A DNA stretch of 64,000 nucleotides from Octopus vulgaris (taxonomy: Eukaryota), in NCBI GenBank assembly GCA_951406725.2, contig OX597833.1, positions 34,720,001 to 34,784,000 of the forward strand. The letters run 5' to 3'. Under the pieces are notes generated by a model. The model had not been told where the DNA came from and ran no database searches. It worked only from the letters and a program-made list of their open reading frames with translations. Within the stretch, counting starts at the first letter, position 1, and each line of letters starts with the position of its first letter. Positions 30,101 through 39,100 of the stretch are shown here, piece by piece. The position numbers were made by a program, and so were the translations under genes.

Positions 30101-33100
30101 ATTTTCTATAGAATTCAGAGCCAGCACTGCAAGTTACAACTTGGCTCTGAATTTTATAGAAAATCTATGTAGATAAATTTAAAAATGAGAATATCGCACC
30201 AATGACACAAAAGTACGTCACAATATTAACTTGTAAACCTTTAATATACTTGGCATGTATAATATAGTTGGAAAACTAAATATTGTGTTCTTGCTAGCAA
30301 TTAATACTGTCTGGTATGTGTACTTCCTTTTGATTTTCAAAAGGTTAACTGGTATTTAAAATGGAAATGTTTGGAGGAACCAAAAAGTTTTTTTTTAAGA
30401 TAAGGTTAGGTTGTGTGTTTTTTGTATTGTTTCTTGCAAAAATTGTGAGAAATTGTTAGGTCTACCATAGTTTGGGAGTAAAGTGGTCTGTGGTGAATTT
30501 GAGCACTGAACATTAAAAGGATTTCATTTAATTGTGATAATTGGTATTCTTGCTGTAATACTGGTTTGTATTTTTATTGGTTTCAGGGAGCTGCCGAGAA
30601 GACAGCATCTGCTGATAAAGAAACAGGGACCACTGAAAAAGGCTCTGAAGATGGTGGAGATGGGCAAAGTAAAGAGAAGAAATCTGAGAAACCTCAAAAG
30701 GTATACCAGAATTAGAAAATTGATCATTACTACATTTAATATGTTTTTCTTTTAATCTTTTGACATTCAGATTACTTTGTTATTATTTATTCACATTGTT
30801 TTAAATTAATCATGCATTTTCTTGTAGCTTTGCAATTTTGATGATATGATTGCTTATTTTTAGAATAACATTGTAGATGTGAGAGACTGGATTTGGATGA
30901 TTTGAACATAAAATGGGTAGAATATTTGTGTTGGATATAGCTGGTTTAAATGCTAAGTTCTTTACAGTTGGCAACAGGAGTAAGAAAGAGCAGATATAAG
31001 TCTTGGAAAAACCACATAATGTAACAGTTATATATCTCCTATATTTGCATGAGCAAATCAGTGAAGTACATAATATATATTATAAATAACAAAAATGTGA
31101 TTGCATGTTGTCGACTTAATGTGACAGTCCCATAAAAGGGAAGAATGCTACTGTTATTTAGCCCTAGGAAATACCGTTTCCTGTTGGACTTGAGACATTT
31201 CCTGTGTCTTTATGTTTTCAAAGTGGAGACAAGCACCTCCATCCAGCAAAGCCAGCATCCAGAAACTAGTTTCAGAGTCATTGCTCATCATCAGTCTGGA
31301 ATAGCATAGTCTGCTAGCTGTCGATGCCTATCCACCTTTGAAAACATATATATTTCAAGTGAAATACATTCACTGATTTTTGAAAATAGAAATAATATAT
31401 TTCTAAATCTCTGAGATTTATGCAGTAGTAGCATGATAAAGTGATAGCATGTTGTCAACTACTCTAGACTGATGATGAGCAATGTCTCTGTAACTAGTCT
31501 CTGGATGCTGGCTTTGCTGGGTGGAGGTGCTTGTTTCCACTTTGAAAACATAAGGACACAGGAAATGTCTCAAGTCCAACAGGAAACGGTGTTTCCTAGG
31601 GCTAAATAACAGTAGCATTCTTTCCTTTTATGGGACTGTCACATTAAATTGATAACATACTCTCACTTTATCATGCTGCTACTGCATAAATCTCTTTGAG
31701 AAATTTAGAAATATATTATTTCTATTTTCAAAAATGTGATTGTTTTATTTTACTAAAATAGTTTACAGTTAAAATGCAAGACTCATGGTCAGAAAGTCAG
31801 TCAATCAGAAAAATTATTTTGGATTAAAATAATGGCATTTCTGCTAATTTGATCCACTCAGCTTAATAATGCTAATTTAAGAACAAAGCAATGGTATGCA
31901 ACTTATAACACGTTTTCCAAAAACTGAAATTTATTTAGCTCTAAAGAAACTTATCTGATAGTCAGTGAATAAAATTATTAAATTAAATACATTGTAAAGG
32001 ATAATTGAGATAAATCTTTTATTTATTTTGTTCAGTTTCTGAATTTTGTCTAGTTCACATGTTTAATTTTTTTTTTACTCAAAGAATATTGATTTTAAGA
32101 TAAGGAACAAGCCATATATATATTGTATGTTGAGTATGGTTGATTATATTGACCCATGGAAGGATGCAGAGTGAAGTCAACATCATTAGTATCTAAATCA
32201 GAATGTAAAGTAAACTGAAAACAGTATTACATTTTGTCCAATTCCCAACTGTGTTTTTTTTTTATCCATCTTCCAACCTTTTTTTAAAGAATGTTGAAAA
32301 TCAATATCAAAATATTGATTTTTGTTGCATTTTTTATAATTTAGGAAGATACAACTGCTGAAAAGAAAAGTGAGAAAGTAGAAAAGCCAACTGAACAGGA
32401 GCAAAAGGAGAGTGATAAAACCCCAAAAGATGATGATACAAAACCAAGTGACAAAAATCAAACTAATACAACACAAGTATGTTGGAGTTTCATCATCCTT
32501 GTTTTAACGTCCACTTTTCCGTGGACAAATCAGATTAATTTATTGATCATCATCTTATATCACAAAATCTAAACATTTTTTTCAAAGTAAATAGAATTAA
32601 AAGAATTTATTTTCTCATACATTTTACTAGGGCACCACCAAAAAGGACGAAACTCCTAAAGTTAAAAAACCAGGGATATTAAAAGAGAATCTGAAAATGG
32701 AAATAAAAATTCTAGATTTGTCACCAATTGCAGAAAAAAAATTGAAGGAGTCTAAAAATCGGTAAGTCTTTCTAGATATTTTTCAGTGGATTATATTGTT
32801 GAATCCATTAATACTTGATTATCATCATTATAATTATCAGAATTTTGTTTGTTTTCCACATTCACATTTATGTAAAAGATAGCATCATTGTTTAACCCCA
32901 GATTAGCCCTAATTAAGTGGAACTAATCAAAAGCATTCCAACCATAATCATCATTTTTTTTTTTGTCACTGTATTGTCCAGTTTATCATTTTATAAAATA
33001 GTGGATATGATTTGAGATTTAGCTGCTCTTTCTTGTCAGTCAAGCAATTACATTGGTCTCCCTCATTGGCTGAGAGGCTAGGAGCCTCTACATGGTCTCA

Positions 33101-36100
33101 AGAACAACTAGAAATATCAACCCAATTTTTACAATTGGTGTCCTAAGTGTGTCATAAGAATGAGATGGTACTATTAGGAGATGGAACAATGCATGCCTGA
33201 CTTATATATAAAAGAAATTTATTTAAAATTTTATACTGACAGTTATTGTTGCTCTGTAACCAACCTCAACATCACTTTTAATTAACAGGCTTATGACCAA
33301 ATGAGTTCCAGCAATGACCATCCCACCATGTTTGCTATATAGTATATCTCAGACTAAATTATACAATGTGCCTTACTTTCGTTTTTTTAGGCCAGTAGAA
33401 TTTGATTTGAAAGAGATTTGACTGCTATTTCTAGTTGGTGGAATGGACATGTAGAGACTTCTGGTCTTTTGGATAAAATCAGTCTAGTGCTTTTTTGCAG
33501 ATTTTACAACTGATAGGCTGAAGTTCAGTTTTAAATGGAATTTTGATTAACAACAAAACATAAATGTTTGTTCTTGCTCCACCTTTGTCATTAATTATTG
33601 TGCAATAATCAATCAACTTCAGCATAGATAATACAGAATGATGTAGATTGACACTTATGATAAGTAGTATGCCGTGAGTACTGAAAGCATGTTTTAAGCA
33701 TTATTGCAATATGGTACATTTGAATATTGTTTCATAGGACAGATGCCATATGTTTAAATGACATACTATGTTTATAAATAATGACAAAATGTGAAATAAA
33801 TGATTAAGAAATATATTGGACTACCCTAATTTCCAAATATCTTGAATATATACACTTGCCTTTAGATAGTGACTATCTAAATTGGAAAATGACATTATTT
33901 CCTGTAGCCAAATAGAAGGAGCAATATTACTGATAGCTCATGAGCAGTAGAGCTTTCTGACAGGATAAATTAGTGCATTAGAGCTTAAAAAGTTTACTGG
34001 AGTTTGCTTGTGAGCAAGTAATTGAATGTTCCTCTGGGTATCAGATTTTGGTATGAATATGATAATAAAAGAAGAATTGAAAGGTGTGTGTATATATATA
34101 CTGGACATTGAAAAAGTTAATTTTCCCTTTTTTCTTATATCAAATGAAATTTTTTTTCCTTTCCAGTTTAGCTGAACTTAAGAAAAAAGATGAAGAGAAG
34201 AGAGCTCTTGAACATTCCAAAAACGAATTAGAATCCTACATATTTGACATGCAAGATAAGTTATCACAAGAAGATTATATTCAGTGTTCAACCGAGGAAC
34301 AGAGGGAAGCTATTAGAAAAGAATGTTCAGACAGTTCTGATTGGCTCTATGAGCAAGATGATAGCACCAAAACAGAGGTAAAATTATTAAAAAAAACCCA
34401 GATTTTGTTTGTTAGTTTTACTTCTGAATTTCATAGTACAAGGATCAGTTTTGAAGCAAGTTCTTATGTCTGGTTTTAATTCCATGTTGGTTACACTTTT
34501 TTCTTGATCAATTATTCCACTTATTAAAGGCAAGCATACCACAACTTTGCATTTCATACCAACTTGATAAATCTAACCCAAATGCAGTGTCATTTTTTTT
34601 AATATTGTCATTACATTGTTGTAACTCTTATATGAGGCTTGTATTATTCTCAACCCACCAAAACAATATAAGTGCACATTCCTCTTCCACTCAATGCTTG
34701 AGTGATTTGATTGTTCACAAGCATAGGATGGTTGGATTTAAAAAAAAATTTTTTGTTTTACAACTTTAATCTAATTTACTTCTATCAGCCTAATTAGAAA
34801 ATAAATTGAAATTAATTTTATGTAAGGCTACTGCTCTAAGAATATATGTAAATACATATTAAATGCTGATTCATCAAACCCAATGCATCCAATATTAGAA
34901 TAAGACCTCTTTAAAACCTTTAGACAGCAATGCACAATATATAACTTTGTTTAATTTCATTTAATGTCATCTTAGTTTAATTTCATCTAAAGTCATTGGC
35001 AAAGATTGACCATCACCATTTCTCATACTCTACATTCATGTAATTATTATATTATCCTTATGTCAAATGAAAATCATAGTGTGAACATACAATTGTATTT
35101 ACACTAAGTTTAGATACATTTGTTTTATCCCATAACTGGAACCCTAACAAGTGCTACTACTCTGGGTCAGAATAGACCAGGGAACAATAGTGGATAAGAA
35201 ATGGTTCCACACTCTTGAAAACCCTGGAACTCCCAAACCAGAGTCCCATGACCAGATGTAATTTAGTCATACTCAAGACAAACAGATACACAAATATATA
35301 TACATATATATATATTTTATTTATATATATATATAAACATCAGAATTCCTGTTATGATTTCTCAAGCTAAAAATGGAGCATGTTGTGCCTAAATTTCATT
35401 TGAATAAACAATTATGGAAAGTGAGTAACGTAAATTGTACTGTATGGCTTTCTTAATTCATTTAACTTATATAAACAATACATATGAAATATGTTACAAA
35501 TGTTTGACTTTAACAATATATGTATATATATTTTTCTTTTTTTTCTTTTGGAAGGAATATGTAAAACGTTTGAATATACTAAAGGCAGCGTCAAAGGATC
35601 TCTTGTTTCGAGTGAAAGAAATGAGAGACCGACCAGTAATGCTAGACACTTTAAAGTCTCTATTAAACCATACAGAATATTTTTATAAAAATCTTTATAA
35701 TCATACTTTAGGAGATGATCCTGTATTCACCCAGGTAGAAGTGAATACTCTTGGTAAACTCATCAATGAGACCTATGTGAGTAAAATATTTAAAGAATTT
35801 TTTTTCATTTGTTATTTTAGTTTCTTCAATATTTTCTATAGTAGTAGTGTGTGAATTGATGAAGACAAGATTTCTGGATCATTAATTATACTTATAAATT
35901 CAAACTTTATGATAAAATTTGTTGTGTTCTTAAGTGAGATGCATATATACATCTTTGGTTTACATGTATCACCTCAGAATTGTTAGGTTGCTTGAAGGAT
36001 ACACAAATGAACACATTTACAAAATTCATATCTTTTGTGGGTATAAAACAGTATTAAAATGAACATCTTTTTCTTTTCCCCTTAAATTATCCATCTCTTT

Positions 36101-39100
36101 CTCTCTCCTTTTTTCACTCCCATATACATGTGTTTGTATATGCATATCTCATTGGTAGTTGTCATTAATTACAGTTACTTGGCTTACTTACAAAGCATAA
36201 ATTCTCAGATTCTCACTGCACATTTATAATTTCTGTTGTTTTCTCATCTCAAGTGATCTCTGATTCACTGGTGATGTGAACTACTTGATTAACCTTTTAG
36301 CATTCAGATCACTCTGTCTAATGTAATGCTTATTTCTTCACAGTATTTTCAATTAATTGTACATTATCTCATAGATTTGAGATTTTGATGATGTGATATG
36401 ATATGCTTGAGAAGATCTGTTGAGTCAAGTAAAACCAAAATTGTAGCTGTGGCCAGTGCCCCCTGACTGGCTTTCGTTCTGGTGGTATATAAAATGCATC
36501 ATCCGAATGTCATCTGTGCCAGTGGCATGTAAAAAGCACTATCCAAACATGATCAATGCCAGGTCTGCCCGACTGGCTCCTGTGCCAGCGCACGTAAAAA
36601 GCACTACCCAAATGTGATCAATGCCAGGCCCACCTGACTGGCTCCTGTGCCAGTGGCATGTAAAAAGCACCCACTACACTCTCAAAGTGGTTGGTGTTAG
36701 GAAGGGCATCCAGCTGAAGAAACATTGATCAGATTGGTGCCTGGTGCAACCACTGGCTCTCCAGACCTCAGTCAAACTGTCCAACCCATGCCAGCATGGA
36801 AAACGGACATTAAATGATGATGAAACAGGAATAGAAGTTATATCTGTGTCAATGGTAAAATAGAGATCATGTTGCACGAAACATGTCAACAGTTGAGTGT
36901 GGTGAATTAGTACCTGTTGTTTAATCTCAGGTCAGCTCAGTCAGTTGTGGCCATCATACCTTTTTTCAGAAATAGTGTATTTAAGACTATCTTATGTATT
37001 GTTTTAGAGATGCTATAATGCAATACAAAGTTGGGCTGCTGTTTCTAGCAAGTTGAGCTATCACCAGTATTAACTAGTGGAGAATTGGTATATTTGTATA
37101 TGAGTCTTCATTATTTTTTTCCTAATTTTTAAGGTGCACAGGCCACCACAGTAACTTCCCAGATCTGCCCTCTTTCAGCAACCAAGTTCTTATCTTTAGT
37201 TTTATATTAAGATTTTTCTCACTCACTGCATCTACTTTAAATGGTTTTACTTTACATTTCAGGCTTGGCGCAAAAATATATTAGCAGAACAAGCAAAAAC
37301 TCCACTGCATGAGAAACCTAAATTATTAACTGAAGATATAGCTCTTAAAATTAGGGACTTGGATAGAGAGGTGAACTACTTAGTCTATAAGGCAAAAAGT
37401 TATAGACCAAAACCGAAGGTGAAACCTGATGCAACTAATACTACCAATTCCACAGAAAAAGCAGATAGCGAGAAAGTCAAAACAGATAGTGACACTGAAA
37501 GTAAGTTCATAAATGTTTCTACTTTCTTTTTTTGAATATATGTGTGTGTGTGTGTGTGTGTGTGACAAAATATTGGCTTTGAGTGATTAAGATAATGATA
37601 TATAGATAAAATAGTATGTTCTACAGCAATTGTAAATGTATTCTTGAAAATGTGTTGGAAATTTTAAGATATACAAAAGCATTCCAGCCATAATTATTTG
37701 GTCTTTTTTTCTCAGGACTACATTGTTCACTGTATCCTTCCATATTTAACATTGCAATGTGTGGTTTGATGGAGATTTGGCAGTTACTTTTTGCAATTCA
37801 GTCAGCCATATGGAGAAGTCCATGTGCTGGTTCAAATTCATTCTGTTACAGTACAGGTGTTCACTTACATTTTGGTTCTGTATAGATCACAAAAAAACAA
37901 TAATGTTTACACAGAATAGAGAGCCATACTCGTGTGGTGCCTCACATATTTGATATGCACGCTGAAAAAGGATGTTCTTTTTATTTTGGACCAACATTTC
38001 TTCTCAGCTAAGAACTAGATGTACTGCTGTTGGGTTGGTCTTGATAACCCTAGAGTAAGAAGCAACAGTTTTCAACAGCAATGCTTAACATATTTTGTAT
38101 TTAAAAATATGTTTTTAATAAAATCACACACTACTGATCTGTAACTGTGTCAGTACTATAATAAAAATTAAACTTCTTTCTGGGTGTTGACCTTGATATT
38201 GAATAAGTCATGTGAATGAGCATGCAATGGCTGTTGCAAGTCTATGCATGATTAATAGTGATGTCTTTCATCATTGTCATTTAATGTCTGTCCTCCATGC
38301 TGGTATTGGTGGGATGGTTTGACAAGAGCTGGCAAGGCCAGAAGCCACAAATCCCATTCTCTGTTTTGACATGGTTTCTACAGCTGGATACTCACAGAAC
38401 GTACTGGCACAATCACCAGTGCTTTTTACGTGGTACCATCACCAGTGCTTTTTACATGGTACCATCACCAGTGCTTTTTACATGGTACCATCACCAGTGC
38501 TTTTTAAGTCGCACCAGCACCTCTGCATTTTGTGACATCAGCACTGATAGGATCACCAAGTACTTTGCAAAACAAAATCTCAGTTAGGAAAGGAGAGTAG
38601 TATTGAGTGGGTGTGGCTTTGTACCAGACAAGAAATTAAAGATGTAGAGGGGACAGATATAGGTGTTTTGCTGTAGAGTGGATATGTGGATGGCCCAGTT
38701 GGAAAAGAAAGGAGTGATAATGGGAGAGAGATGATGGCAAAAATGTTTCAGGACATGCCCTTGAGGGACATTCAGGGTGGTGAGATTAGGTGAGGTAATG
38801 TAGAGGCTTGGGCTGGGTGAGTGTGCAGGATGATGTAACTGTAGCAAATGATGGAGAGAAATGTAGGAGAGGCTCAGTGACGAGAGTTGTGGGTGATATG
38901 TGAGGGCATTGAGGATAAACAAGACCTTAATGATGGAGAGCAGCACAGGGAGGAGAGAAAAGGTGCTGAAAGGAGGTGATTGGTGAAGACAGCAGGTAGG
39001 GGAAGAAAGAGACCTAAGAAGGCCAGGGGATGTAGTATGTGCCTATCCTACTCTCAGGTGATAGAGGAAGTGATGGGACAGAGAGGATGGAGGTAAGCAT

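Larger units (their letters stand above)
31090..31742. mobile_element. Hammerhead-motif-bearing retrozyme/Penelope pLTR-like insertion (permuted monomer plus inverted partial copy)
   Basis: 31104-31300 is the reverse complement of ~31463-31658; 31376-31458 is the reverse complement of ~31650-31735; direct repeat CAAAAATGTGATTG at 31090-31103 and 31729-31742. Confidence 0.7.

Noticed and set aside
31376-31735. Simple TIR-MITE interpretation of the inner 85-bp inverted repeat
   Set aside because: The left arm is part of the permuted 344-nt monomer and the direct repeat flanks the whole 31104-31728 block, which fits an inverted retro-insertion better; not fully excluded.
38400-38525. 25-bp direct repeats resembling a CRISPR array
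   Set aside because: Head-to-tail with no unique spacers, inside a LINE tail, eukaryotic context, no cas genes.
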